Shown piece by piece: positions 8,899-22,671 of a stretch of 64,000 bases of DNA. The notes below the pieces were generated by a model. It was not told where the DNA came from. It ran no database searches and saw only the letters and a program-made list of their open reading frames with translations. A program made the position numbers and the translations under genes. The stretch lies in the NCBI GenBank assembly GCA_016748015.1, contig JAAOMT010000200.1, positions 370,984-434,983 on the forward strand, given 5' to 3'. Position 1 is the first letter of the stretch. Each line of letters begins with the position of its first letter. The stretch is from Geosiphon pyriformis uo1 (lineage: Eukaryota; Fungi; Glomeromycota).

Positions 8899-10908
8899 TT
8901 GCTTTACTTTATTCTTTTACCTTTTGTTTATCAAGTCATTTCTTCTACTATACCTCTATTTGTCACAATAGAACTGGTAGGCTCTTCTGCTGGTAGTTCT
9001 GGCTCAGTTTCGGCTGGTTTGGGGACCCATCAGAGTGCGAAGAAGAAATGCGTGGATACGGTCTACTTTCAGAGTGCATCCTACAAGAAACCAAAGAAGT
9101 CTGTTGCTGGTAATTTGGTTAACTTGTCTGCTGGATCACTTAGCTTGGAGGATATTGGTGGTGTTGGTGCCAAGTCTGTGGAGTCTTGGAGCAGTGAGGT
9201 TGGCAGTGTTGCTAGTAGTGTCAGTGGTCTCTTAGATGTCAAAAATATGGCGAACACGGTGGCTGAAAAAACCAGCTATGCAGAATCAGATGAGAATAAT
9301 AGCATGGACAAAAATATGCCGAGAAAGACTCGTACTCAAACGTATATGCTGGACAACCCACCAAAGCAATCTTTGTTCGACCATATGAGTGATGACAATG
9401 ATGTGCTGGAGCTTCCTCCTCCTAAATTCAATGGTGCCAATCAGATGCCGCATATCAGGTCACGTGCCCTGGAAAAAAGGAATTTCAAGCCAGTAAAATT
9501 TTTCACATTAGATATTGAGGTTTTGGCAGTACCTGGGAAGACAAATGTTGATAAGTTGATGGCAGTTAAAAAAATCTTTTATCAAATTGATGGTTTTGGA
9601 GAAGCTTTAACTTCAAAATTTCCAGAAATAATAAGATCATCATTTACATCTGAAAAAAGTTTGATTAAGGCAAGAAAAATGGCAATTGGTGAGAAGATTT
9701 TGGTAAATGATGATCTAAGGAAAATAAACAGCCATTCAGATCAGGAAATAATTGTTAAAGAAATCTCAATGGATCTTTCCAAATTGGCTGTGAATTCAGC
9801 ATTTTCTAAATTTGGCAGAATTGTTTTAATCAAAATACAGCTAATTGGTCTTTGACAAAAGACTCTGGTTGAGTTTGAGTCATCTAAAGTAGCTAGTTTG
9901 GTTGCATCCAAATGGTCAGTCTTCATGGGAAAAGATTTGGTGCATGTGGCTTTGACAGTCAGTGATAAACAAACATGAGTATCAAGGGATTGGCATTGTG
10001 TTTTGCTTTATATGCTTCCAGTTGGCACCACTGCCCATGATCTTTCCAGTTTGTTGGATTCATATGGTGGGAGGACTTGTTTCATTGGCCGTAATCCTAA
10101 TTCATATGTTTGTGATAGATGTGCTGTAATTTGTTTTGGTGATAAGGTGTCCAAGTTGGCTGCTATTGGTATCATTTCAGTTTTCAAGGGTGTAAGTTTG
10201 TGTTGGGCTGGTTTTTCTTTGGCCAGTTGCACTTGTTGTAAACAATTTGGTCATGTTACGGTCAACTGTCTCTTGGATGAAAATTCTGGTGTTCATAGAA
10301 AGAGAGTGGTTTCTGATTAAGATTGGGTTTGTCTGGCTGGGATATATAAGAAAAAGTCAGCTCTTATTGCTCATCCAGTCTTATTTGGTAGTAAAACATG
10401 GGCCCAAGCTGTTGGTGGCTCTTCTTCTTGTGTGGTTCCCTCTGGTTTAGTTGGTGCTGGTTTGCGTTCTGGTTTGGTTTTTTCTTCAATAATAACTGAC
10501 TCTCCTACCATTTTTTATTTGAGTGACCGGCTGGCAATTTTGGAATGCTCTTTGGAGCTTTTGACTGACCGCATTTTTGGCATTTTGGTTTGTCTGGAAT
10601 CCATTGGTTTGGTTCTTGTGGTGATCTCATCTCTGAGCTCTCTTCCTGCTGTTTCTGAGGCTTTGACTTCTGATGTGGATTTTAATATGATTGTGGATAC
10701 TGCTTTGGTCTTGTCTAGTACTCTTCCATCCATTGTTCATAATGCTGTTGTTGAGCTTAGCTCTAGTAGTTCCAAAGTCCTCACTGCCAAAGTGAGTGGT
10801 TTGGAAACAAAATTGATTGCTTTGGAGGCCTCAGTTGGTTCAGTTTTGAATAAATTAAATATTCTGTGCTCTGGTTCGGGTTTGTCAGTTCCCCTGTCTT
10901 CTCAATGA
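8899..10908 (+). pseudogene. LINE ORF1 (RRM-like domains, CCHC knuckle, coiled coil)
   Basis: SAFSKFGRI..LVEFES RRM-like segment; CTCCKQFGHVTVNC; heptad-like C-terminus. True start uncertain. Confidence 0.8.
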
Positions 10909-13900
10909 CTCACTTAATTTGGAAAATTGCCACGTGTAATGTTAAAGATATGAACAATTGTGTGAAGCAGGCAGACATTGTATGATGGCATAAAGATATG
11001 AACAATCTGGTCTCCATTGTTACTGAGACAAAGTTAAAAGTCATGGTTTGTCCATGGATTGCCGATAAGTTCGATGGTGTTCGTGTTTTTACTTCTGGTC
11101 TGGATTCTGGTCACATGGGATTTGGTGTTGCAATAATTATGGACTCTTCTTTGGTGAAACATGTGTGCAAGATTTCGGAGGTACCTGGTCAACTGTTGTC
11201 AATAAGGCTGCTCTTTGAGAATAAACTTTTTGTGTCTATTCTGGGGCTGTATGCTGGTGCGTCTTTAGTGGTTCAGTTTTCTCAGGCTAGTGACATTAAT
11301 TTTCTTGTTGCCAAAGCTGTAAATGAGACTTCTTTTGTCATTCTTAGTGGCGATTTCAATGAAGATGGGTCTCATAAATGTGCCAGTTTCAGGAAGTGTT
11401 TTGATTTGGGTCTGGTCAACTCTCTAAGTGGAAGTGCTTTTGTGAAGTCACTGACATAGTGCAATTTTTGTGGTGTTGCCAAAACAATTGATTACATGTT
11501 GGTTTCCTCTAGTTTAGTTAATACAATCATGGATCATAGTGTGGTGGGTGTTGAGGATTTTTTTGATACTGATCATAGGGCTGTTTCTGTTTCTGTGGGT
11601 CTGGGTGTTTTGTTGGATGTGCAGCTGCTGTCACTATACAAACAGGCCAATAAAAATTGTTGGAAGTTTGATGTTAAAAATACCAGTGGAGGGAAGTGGT
11701 TGGAGTTTAAGAATGCTACAGCTGCTAATGCTTCTATGCTTTCAGATGCATTTGTTGCGGCTACAAATTTTCAGATAAGGATGCAATGTGGGATGTTGTT
11801 TGCAAAATATTGATTCTCTCAGCTGGTGAGACATTCAAGAAAAAATGGTTCAAGGGTTATAGTAGTGTTTTCAATAAGGTTTCTTCTAAGTTTTATAGAC
11901 TGAAACTGCTTGTGTCTAAGCTTGTTAAGGCCTCTTGTCTGGTTTTTGGTGGAAATTTTGCTTCTTTGTTGGATACATGGGACAGACTTGACTCAATTGG
12001 TGCCTTGTCAATAAAGTCTCTATTTCTTTTGGGTTCTGGTTTTGATGCTATTTGCTCCGAACTGGCTAAGGCAAGGAAGGTTTACTACTCTTTGAAGATG
12101 ATGGAATCTAAGCGCACTGAGGAATCTCGTATTAGGCAGGCTATTGAGAAGAGGATGGAGAGTTTTGAAGTGGACAAGGGACGCACCATTAGAAGTGTTC
12201 TAGAGCATCCTTTCCATAAGATGGTACTGGATCACTTAGTTACAGGTAAAGAGTTGGTCTTGGAGCCGGATTTGGTTAAATCTAAGGTCGATGAGATCAT
12301 GGAAGGTTGGACTAGAAAGCATGTAGTAATGCTGAATATTTCTGATACCTGGGTGCGCCAATTTCAGCCTTTGGATTATGTCTTTAATGATGCCTTCTCT
12401 GAAGTAATGTGTTCAATTGGTTTTAATGAGTTGCTTACAATTGTCTCTAATTTGCCTGATGGTAAGGCAGTTGGTCTTTTTGGTATCTTTAATGAATTGT
12501 GGAAACACTATGATAGAAAGGTTTTGAATATGCTTTTGTTATTGCTGAATTTTTGTTTGGTACATAAATCTGTTCTTGGATCTTGGAAGGAAGCTTGGGT
12601 GTCAATGATTCTTAAACCGTATGAATGGGAGGGCATTCTCACGAATACCCATCCTATTGTATTGATTGAAATGGCCTGCAAGATTCTTTCCAAGATTCTC
12701 TCAGACAGAATTTTTTCGGCCTGCAGCAGGTTTAATGTTCTGTGTAGGGACAATGCAATCGCCCATTTTTGCCATTGGTTCTGTGGTGAAAGATGCATTA
12801 AAAAAGAGCCGAGAACTGTGGCTGGTTTTGTAGGATATGTGAAAAGCATATGATTTTGTTGGCTGGGTGCATCTCAGAAGGAGTTTGGTTAGGATTAAGA
12901 TGTGTGACAAGTTTATTAGATTTTTTGGTGACATTCACAATGGTCGCATCAACAGGGTGATGATGGATTTTGGCTTGACTAATGGTTACCGTGTTCATGA
13001 TAGTCTGGACCAAAGGGAGGTTTTTTTGCTGCTTCTTTGGTGCATATTTTATGATTTGCTCTTGTGTGAAGTCAAACAACAGGAAAGCATGTGTGGTTAT
13101 AGGTTGAACTCTCATTTTATTTCCAGAATTGGTCAGGTAGAGCCTCAGGCCAGGCTGATGTCATTCTTTGTTGCTGGTGCTTTTGTCGATAATACTATTT
13201 GGGTTGGTGGTAGCCGGGCTGCTACGCAGCACATTCTCAATGTTGCTGGTGAATTTTTTAGGATTAATGACATTTTAATTAACAATGACAAGACTGTAGC
13301 CATTCCTATCAACAGTCAGATTGCAAATCTTTCTTTGACTATCAATGACTCGTCTATTTCTATTGCCAAAAAGAGTGAACCTCATTGATATCTGGGTATT
13401 TTTTTGTCTTCTAAAGGTCTTTTGATGCCTAGTCTGGCTAAAGCTTGCTCAGACGTTTGGTTCTTTGTTAATTTTGTTCTGAAGAAGACAATCTTAGACA
13501 AACAATTCGCATATTTGGTTTCTGTAGTTCTTCTGTCTATCATCAGCTATAGAACTCAATTCAGCTTTGTTTCTGTTGGTGTGTATAATAAGTGGGACTC
13601 TATGGTTCGCAGGTGCTTGAAGTCTAAGTCTGGACTGCCACTCGACTTCCCCAATGATGCAGTTTATTATCCTTCTTTGTACAATTTTAAAACTTTTGAA
13701 CAGATCCAAGCTGAGAGTAAATCGGCTGCTGTTTTGGCTTTTGCGAATTCAGTTGGTATTTTGGGTCATTTGTTTTCTCACAGGTCTCATGATCTTCAGG
13801 CTCTCAGTTGATGTCCCTGTCATTCTTTGCTGTTTTCAGCTCATGTTTATGTCAGCCCTTCAAACAACTTTCTGTCAGGTGTGGTTCGTATTTTTTCTGG

Positions 13901-15568
13901 GTGTGACTTGTCTTTGGGTGCCTCTCTGGCCAGCACTTTTCGTCTCCGAAATGGCACTCCTATGTCTCTTGTTCTAGGTGAGCCAAGATTTCTCAAATGT
14001 GTCTTGTCACTCAAGCACTATAGTATTGCTTTCGTGGAACAGCTTCGTAACAGACATGGTATTGCTTTCAGTTAGAAAACCTTCAAATGTTGGAAAAGGC
14101 TGGATCCCTATAGCCCAGTTCCTGTTTGGTTTGATATTTCTGTTTGGTTTCTTGGTAGCGTTGTTCCTTTTTCTGGGTGCTCTCTCCTAATAAGTGATCA
14201 CGCTTCTCCTGATATTTGTCTTTCTCGCAATTTTGGCATGGTTTGCAACAATTTATTGGACATTGACACTGCTGTTCGCCTCTCTGTATATACGGATGGG
14301 TCTCTAAGTGGTTTGGGTACTGTTGGTATGAAGGCTGGTGCTGCTGTTTTTTTGAGAACATTGATTCAGAGTTGGGTGTGAAGGTGTCTGGTTTGGTTTC
14401 CTCTACACTTACGGAGTTGCAGGTCATTGCTTTGGCTCTCGAGTGTGTTCCTTTTTTCCATTTGGTGGATTTGTTCTCGGACAGCCAGGCTGCTTTGGAT
14501 GTATGCAAATCCAAATCTCTACTGGCTCGACCAGACTTTAGGAATTGTTGTTGGATCGAGTGTCGCCACATTGCTAATATTATTTATGATAAGAATTTGG
14601 ATGTGAATTGGATCAAAGTAAAGAGTCATTCAAGTGTCCCTAACAATGACTATGCTGACTCACTTGCAGGGGTTTCTGCCTCATCTTCTTGGTGGCTGTT
14701 GCACAGGATTGGTGAACGGTTTTTAAGAGCTGGTGACTCTGCCATTTCTGGTAATTCAAGATATTTTGTTCGTGATATCTTCTGGTCAATTCATCAAGTG
14801 TATTAGGAGGTTGGATCCAGTTCCCAAGTTTTGGTAGATAGTTTGCGAAGTGATGTTGATTGGACCAGATCTGTTTCGGTGTGGCACCTGGATTCTCACA
14901 TGGCTGCTGGCTTCACTAATTTGCATACTGCTGGCTTTCAGACTTATTTCATGAAAGCTCTGCATCATCAACTTCCTGTCACCATGCGTAAGCATCTATA
15001 TGATAGGCTTTACCCCAGTGTAGTGTGCTTATTTTATGGTGATGTTGAGATCTCCAATCATGTTTTTTCCTGCTCCTTTGACGCTGTGGGCTGTAAGCAT
15101 TTGATGAACACTTATGCGGCTGTTTGGGAGGCACACTCTCATTTATCTCGTTCTTCTTTGTGCATTTCACAGTTACTGTCCACTTGTGCTTCAAATTGTG
15201 TGGTTGGGGTGGCCTTATGTAAAGAATTTGTTTTCAATAATTGGTATTGTGAATCTGTCTCTGTTTTTAAAAATCCCAGGGTGGCAGCTTGTAACATGGT
15301 GTTTTTTGTGTGTGAGTTTTGTGCTGCATTCTGGGATGAAATCTGGTTGGTTTGTGTAAGACACTGGGCAGTGATAGAAAAAGATGGGCTAATTCCTTGT
15401 GATGGCTCCATTTTTGCCTCTGTTTTTGGTTTTTCTATGGGTTTTTCAGCAGGTGTTGTTAGATTATTAGGGATTGCTGATGCAATTGGCATTTGTTTCA
15501 GGTTTCGTAGGTCCTGTTTGTTTTTTTCTGGTGTTTGTGAAGAGGTTTCTGTTCATATAAGTGTGTAG
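10905..15568 (+). pseudogene. LINE ORF2: AP endonuclease, RT, RNase H, C-terminal Zn finger
   Basis: KIATCNV, VTETK, SGDFNE, IDY, TDH (APE); GAFVDN, YLGI (RT); YTDGS, ELQ, FSDSQAAL, KVKSHS (RNase H); CLF..E..HVFSC. Confidence 0.92.
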
Positions 15569-18500
15569 TGTTGTTTTGACTGGTCTGAGTAGCTGGTCAC
15601 GTGTAGAAAAAGCATGATTCACACCTAGTTTAGATCATTTAATGATGTATTGCACTAAGTAGAGTTTGGACTTCACTCATTAAACAAAATAAAAAAAAAA
15701 AAAAAATTTATTTAAATAATAAAATTTTTTAAATATATATAGTTTAATATTATATAAATAAGTTAAATATATTAACTTTTTTCTCTCTTATCTTCATAAA
15801 TCCTCAAAGAGCATTGTTTCTGAAAAGAAGTTTTTTATTTTTCTTGCTAGTTTATATCAATATTTTTTTACTTAATAACAACCCATTTTTTGTAAATTTA
15901 AAGGCTACTACAGGTGGCATTATGTCTAAAAAAAAGATATTCAAAGATGCTTTTCATGGCCCTGCTGGTGAGTTTTTTTCTCAGAAAAAGAAAGTTGTTC
16001 TTGGAAACATCAAACATTCTGGTGATAAGAAGGATATCTCCTTAAGTAAATCTGGGTCTAATGATAGCATATATTCTAATATAGATAGTCTGTCTGGTGA
16101 TAATGAGAATATTAGCATAACTGGTGCAAATAGTGGATCTTTTCTGGGCTTGGTTACTACTATTTTCAAGGTAAAGTGTGTTAATATTAATGCTGTCTTT
16201 AGCTCTCTATTCAGATATCCCAATTTTAATATAAATAATAATAAAGTTCTTCTCCCTTCTTGCTTGCCCATTTCTCTAAACAAGAAGTGAATTGACCTAA
16301 AAATTATCAAAACTCTAGTAGAAGTGTCAGTTAAAAAGTTGTTTGCTTTGGATATTAATTTTTTAGCAGTAGAAAAAAAATCTGCCACAGCTAAAACTCA
16401 ACTTATCAGAAAATTATTTTCATCAATTAATAATTTTGGAGGGAGACCACTACTTTCTCAAAATTTGAAGAGATCATCAGATCTATCTTTACTTCAAAAG
16501 GAAGCATGAAAAAGACTATATCATTGGCCAAGGAAAAAGAAATTAAAGTAAACAGCAATCTTAAAAAACAAGAAATTTGTTCAGATTGAGCTGTAGTTAT
16601 TAAAGAGATTTCCATGGATACACCTAAAAAAATAATTGTTATAGGTTTTTTTGAGTTTGATCAAGTAATGTTAATCTAATTACAACTTATTGAACTGTAA
16701 CAGAAGGCTGTAGTAGAATTTGCTAAATTGAGCCAGACTGATCAGTTGGCAGCCAAGTGGTCATTTTTAATTGGGAAAAATTCAGTGTGCATAGCCAAGA
16801 CTGTAGGAAATTATAATGTCTGAATATCAAGGAATCAGTTTAGGACACTTTTGTTTATCTTGCTGATAGGAACAACTGCTTATAATTTTGGTACTTTGTT
16901 AAAAGGAGTTGGTGGAAAAATGTGCATCATAAATTGGTCTCTGAAAACTGACAATAGGATTTGCTGTGTTGTAGTTGGCTTTAATTCTGATAAAAATTTG
17001 GAATTAGCTTTTTACATGGAGCTGATCTTTGGTGAAGTTAAGTTTTTTTGGACTAGAATAAATTTGGTTTGATATAAGAAGTATAGGCATTTTGGTCATT
17101 CAGCTTTTAAGTGTGATTTTTTGGGTGTGTTTGTTTTGCTGTCTTCAAAAAAGTCTTATAAAAAGGTTGCTTTTGAGAAAACCTATATCCAGCTTGCCAG
17201 ATTATATGAAAAGAAAAGTGTTTTGATTTCTCACTCTGCTGTCTTTGGCAAAAAATCTTGGATCTAAATGGTCTCATTAGCTGGTTCTTCTGGTGGTTTT
17301 CACTTCAATTTTAGTTTTGGTTTTCTTTTTTCTGGTATCTTAAGTTTAAATGGTGGTTGTCTTTTTGCTTTATCTGATAACTTATCTTTAAACACTTGTT
17401 TGGCCTTTTTGGAATGCTTTCTGGAGCTCTTGACTAATCAGGTCTTTAGCATTTTACATAAACTCAACAACATAAAATTGGTGCTATTGACTCTACACCT
17501 TTTATCTCAAGTGTTAAATACTTCAATTGCTACCAGTTTGAATTTGGATATGAATATGGTTGTGAATTGTCTTGAGTTATTGTCTTTATTCCCTTCTTCT
17601 GTTTTTTTTAATGTTTCAACACTGAGTCCAAATAGCTTAAAAGTTTTGACTACTAAAGTGAAATGTCTAAAATCTAAATTAATGGCTCTTGAGGTCTCTA
17701 TTGGTTCAGTTTTAGTAAAATTAGATTATTTGTGCGCTGGTTTGGGTTCTTTGGTTTCTTTATTATCTTAATAAGTTATTTAGTTTGGAAGATTGCTACG
17801 TGTAATGTTTGGAGTATTAACATTTCTACTAAGCAGAAAGATATTATTTATTGGCATAAAAAATCAGGAAATATGGTTTCAATTATTACAAAAATAAAGC
17901 TAAAATCTAGCATTAGGCCTTGAATCATGAATAAATTTAATAAGATTTAGGTTTTTTTGTTTGGTTTGAACAAGAGATTTTTTGGTGCTGGTATGACTAT
18001 TGTCATAAACTGTTCTCTTGTATATTATGTTTCTAAGATTGAGAAAGTTCCTGGTTATCTTATTTTAGTTCAGCTCTTCTTTAAGGGCAAGTTTTTGGTT
18101 ATGTTTTTGGGTTTGTATGCTGGTGCTTCTACTAAAGTTAAGTTTGAATTGGCTTCGAGAATCAACTTTTTCATAGTTGAAGCAGTTAATTCTAGCAGTT
18201 TTGTGGTTTTGGGTAGAAATTTCAATAAGGATAATGTAAAAAAAAATGCTAGTTTCAAGTTTTGTACTAATTTGGATTTGATCAATTTTTTTTATGGACA
18301 CTTGCTAGTCAAGACTCCTACTTGGGGCAATTCTAGAGATGTTGAAAGGATTATTGATTATATTTTTGTTAATGATAGCTTGTCATCATTGATTTTTGGT
18401 TATAAGATAGACTCTGTTTCAGACTTCTTTGGCACTGATCACAAGACTGTCTCAGTTTTGGTTAGCTTTAATGGTATGTTAGATGTTGATTTAAGCCAAG

Positions 18501-20595
18501 TGTGTAGGAATGCTAATCAAGACCACTGGAAATTTAAAGTTAAAAATACAAATGATAGTAAATAGACACAATTTAGAAAGATTTTTTATGCTAACATGTC
18601 AATAAATTCAGGTGATTTCGGAAGTATAAGAGAGCTGGGTAATTTGGATTGTATGTGAAAAGTTTTGCAAAAGATGATTGTGGATTCAGCAGATTTGGTA
18701 TTTTTTAAGCAGTATTTTAATGCTTTTGACTTTTCAAGAAACAAACATTTTTCTAAGTTTTACAGACTTGAATAGTTAATGACCAAACTGATCAAGTTTT
18801 AAGTTTTAATGATAGCTTAAGGTTTGTTTATCTTGTTAGAATTTGGTTGGCTATTGATAATAATAAAGCCTCTGTGGTTAGTGAAATGGTTAATGGAAAG
18901 ATAAAGTGTATGAACATTGTTAAGCAATTGTCATTGTTCAGAAAAAGTTATTGTTATTCTAAGTATTGTGAATTAGAGTCTGCTAAAAAGGCATCTATCA
19001 CCAAAATTATTGATAAGCACATGGAGAATTTTTGTTTGAGCAAAAGTAATATGATTAGAAGTGTTTTGAAGCAGTCTTTTTGCAAGATAATACTAAACTA
19101 CTTAGTGGTTGGTAACAATTTGTTCTTGAATCCAAAGGAGGTCAAACTCAAGGTTAATCAGATCATGGTCAATTGGATAAGAAAATGCATAGTATTAGCT
19201 ATGCAGTCTGACTTGTGGTCTCAACAGTATGCTTCTTTGAATTATATAAAGAATGATGCTTTCTCAGAAGTAATAAATGGAATCAGTATGGACAACTTGG
19301 TTTCAGCTGTTAAAAATCTGCTTATTGACAAGACTGCTAATATTTCAGGTATTATAAATGAACTGTGGAAACACTGTAATAAATCTGTAATGTTTTGTCT
19401 TTTGAATCTATTCAACAAATATGTATTGAAAAGTAATGTTTTTAGTCTTTGGAGAAATGCTTGGGTTTCAATGATTCTCAAGCCTTATAAATGAGATGAA
19501 ATCTTTACAAACATCCAGTCTATTGTATTAATTAAAACAGCAAGGAAAATTTTATCCAAAATTTTGTCTGATCACATTTCTCTGGCATACAGCAAGTTTA
19601 ATGTTCTCCATAATAACAATTTCTTAGTTTTAAAAAGTACTTCAACTCAGTCTTTGGTATTTACAGTTGGTTCTATTGTGAAAAATGCATTAAAAAAGGG
19701 CTGGAAACTCTGGATGGTCTTGCAAAACATGCACAAAGCTTATGATTTAGTAGAAAAAGCCAGTTTAAACCAAATTAAGATGTGTAACAAATTTATTAAA
19801 TTTTTTGAGAATATATATTTGAACAGAACAAACAGAATAATGACTGATTTCAGTCTGACCAATGGTTACAAGATACATGATAAGCTTAACCAAGATGAAG
19901 TCTTCTTCCTACTTCTTTAGTGTATCTTTTATGATCTGCTTTTGTGTGAAGTCAAAAGACAGGAACACTTATGTGAATACAGAATAAATTCCAAGTGAGT
20001 AGCAAAATCAGGCAGAATAGAAGCTCAATCTAGTATGACTATGTATCTTGCAGCTGGAGCTTTTGTAAATAACACTATCTGAATAGGTAACAGTCAAGCA
20101 GCTACACAACATATTTTGAACATAGCAAGTGAGTTTTTTGCCCTTCATAAACAATGAGAAAACTGTTGCTATTTCCATTAATTGAAGAATCAGAAACACT
20201 TCTTTATTTATCAATGGTGTACTAATTGCAATTGTTAAAAAAGATGAAGTTCACTAATACCTGGGCATATTTTTGTTAATAGAAAAACTTTCAAAACCTA
20301 ATTTAATTTAGGCCAATTCAGATGTTAGATTTTTTTTGAATGTAGTTTTGCATAAAGCAATATCTAATAAACAATTTTGTTACTTAGTCTCATTGGTATT
20401 ACAGCCTATTATTTATTACAGAATGTAGTTTAGTTTTGTTTTCAATAATGTATACAGTAAACTCTCTTTATAATCACACTTTTTGGTCAGCATATTTGTG
20501 GTGACTATAAAGAGATGAGACTATAAAAAATGATTAATATCTTATCACATAATCTATATATTACATGCATAATATAATAACCAATTATATATATT

Positions 20596-22155
20596 TTATT
20601 TAAAAAAGCTATTTATTTGCAACTGTTTTTTCTCTTCTTGAACTTTGAGAACAGTATTACAAATTAATGTTCTCAAAGTTTTAAAAAAGTCTGAATCAAT
20701 TTTTTCACTATACTGCTCTTCACAATAGCACAATGTATCTTCAAGTACAGTTTTACCTTGATGTATAGATAGCAAAGACAAAGGTTCATCTTTATCTTCA
20801 CTTTCTAAATCTTTATTTGCATTAGAATTTCCACTATACTTGTTGTTAATAAGATCCACAATTTCATTTTCTGAGGCATAAGTAAATAATAGTTCAAACT
20901 TGTCAATATTAATAAAGTCTATTGCCAATAGCTTGTCAATATCAACATGCTCAATAAGAACTTGTACTTCTTGTAAAAGTTTTTGTTCAATATCTAATAG
21001 ATGGACTGGCATTTGACTATTATTCAAAATTCTCATATGATGCCAACAGTTTTGGATTATAGTTGTTGTTACTGCTGATCACACATTAATTAGAAAGTCA
21101 ACTACATCCTTTAATATTACTGTTGATATTAGAATCTTGCCATCATACTGATTAATAAGATGAAAAAGAAACAACTTTTGGTATTGTGCTTTAAAGAATA
21201 CAATAATTTCTGTATCTAATGGTTGCAAATAGGATGTTGTATTGAATAGTAGATATCTAATCATAATATTAGATAATACGGAAAGTTCTCTACCATAGAG
21301 ACCAGCATTATCAAGCAATAGCAAAATCTTTTTTTTCTTGTGACATATTTTTTCATTTAATAAATTAAGCCATTTACTAAAAATATTGGTTTGCATCTAT
21401 GCTTTTGTATTGTAATGATAAGTGATTGAAAGTGCATTCATATTAATATTGCAAAAACATCATGGCTTTGCAGTTTTGCCAATAATTAAAAACTGCAACT
21501 TGATGCTGCCTATTGCATTATAAGCAAGAAGTATGGTAATTTGACTTTTATCATGCTTGGTGCCAGAGGTAAATCTTGTTGCCAAAGTTGCATTTGGTGG
21601 TATTCTAAAGAATAATGTTGTTTCATTGGTATTATAAACATTATTTAGATCATATTCACTAATAATCTCATGTAGTTTCTCTCATTCCTTTGGTAAAATT
21701 TCCAAGAAGATACTGTTTGCTTCACCATGCATCTTAATATGATGCAAATTATAACATTTTTTGAACTTTTCTAACCAACCATCTGATGCTTTAAAGTTAT
21801 TTTCTTTCAGAAACTTTTCAGCAAACTTGAGAGCTTTTGTTTGTAAAATTTTTCCAGTAAGAATGCAGTTGGTAGCTAGTGATCTAAGCATCCATTGTCT
21901 CAGTGCATTATTTATCTTCAGAAACATCTCTTTTCTGTTCTTTGTCAATTGATCAGAGTTGTCAGATACATTTTTTTCAATCCATTAGTCTAATTTTGTG
22001 AATATCTTTGTTACAGTAGAGCAGTTAATCTTTAAATTAAATATTTTGGTAAGTCTATTTGCTGAGTAGTCAGGATGCTTTAGTTTGTACTGGCAGAAAG
22101 CCTTTTTAGTCTCCAAGGAGATTGATGTTCGCTTTTGGTTTGCGTTTTTTGGCAT
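20596..22155 (-). pseudogene. pogo/CENP-B-type transposase (HTH domains + DDE_1)
   Basis: ATG 22155 MPKNANQKRTSISLETKK; FKASDGWLEKFKK; VYNTNET, LLLDNA, LQPLD catalytic motifs; C-terminal QLQINSFFK. Confidence 0.9.
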
Positions 22156-22419
22156 GTTAATAAGAACACACTTTTTATTGCATTTTGCTTTTTTAACACA
22201 TTGATGTATCTGTTATGTCTTAAATGTTATTTTGCCTTATATCTAATTGAATATGTAAGGTGCTTTATGTTATATGAGGTGCCTCAAATTATAAAAAGCA
22301 GCCAAATTATAAAAATGAAGGTTTTAATCCAACTGTAGGATTCTAAGTGCAAATAACAGATTCTTACTAAAAAGAAACCTAATTTTAATAATGCATCTGT
22401 AACACTTTTTGTTTTTTAC

Positions 22420-22532
22420 CTTCAATTGATGATCAATAATAAAAACTGTCAATTTGATTTTCTGCATACTTGCATAATTGCATAGAAAATAGCACAATGT
22501 TATGTTGTCAAGCCTTCTAAATATAACAATGC
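22420..22532 (-). pseudogene. Captured exon of a TilS-like PP-loop ATPase (tRNA(Ile)-lysidine synthetase family)
   Basis: GIVIFRRLDNITLCYFL..KLTVFIIDHQLK reverts by transitions alone to GIAISGGLDSM..DHQLR; bounded by ctaattaatatag and gtaaaa splice signals. Confidence 0.65.
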
Positions 22533-22671
22533 CTATATTAATTAGAATATCGATATAAAATACTTTATACAATGTTAGGGATATCAGAGTAAAAGTCAAC
22601 TGCAGTTTTTTAAAAAATGTCCTGATCATTATAAGTTATGAGATTTGATATATAATATATATAGGCATGCA

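Larger units (their letters stand above)
8866..15706 (+). mobile_element. LINE copy 1 (ORF1 + APE-RT-RNase H ORF2), near full length, degenerate
   Basis: Two pseudo-ORFs, 3' UTR and poly(A) at ~15686-15706; 5' end abuts the family A LTR. Confidence 0.93.

Noticed and set aside
8256-8996. Short hydrophobic ORFs in LTRs and antisense ORFs over elements as host genes
   Set aside because: They arise from tandem repeats or reverse frames of transposon coding sequence and are not conserved between copies.
15569-15685. Hammerhead/HDV ribozyme, SECIS or true tRNA gene in the LINE 3' UTR
   Set aside because: No CUGAUGA/GAAA core, no HDV topology, no TTCRA loop or A/B boxes conserved across copies.
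22420-22532. Functional link between the TilS-like cargo and a possible tRNA-Ile PBS
   Set aside because: Different elements, a single dead exon and an unassigned primer tRNA; no supporting evidence.
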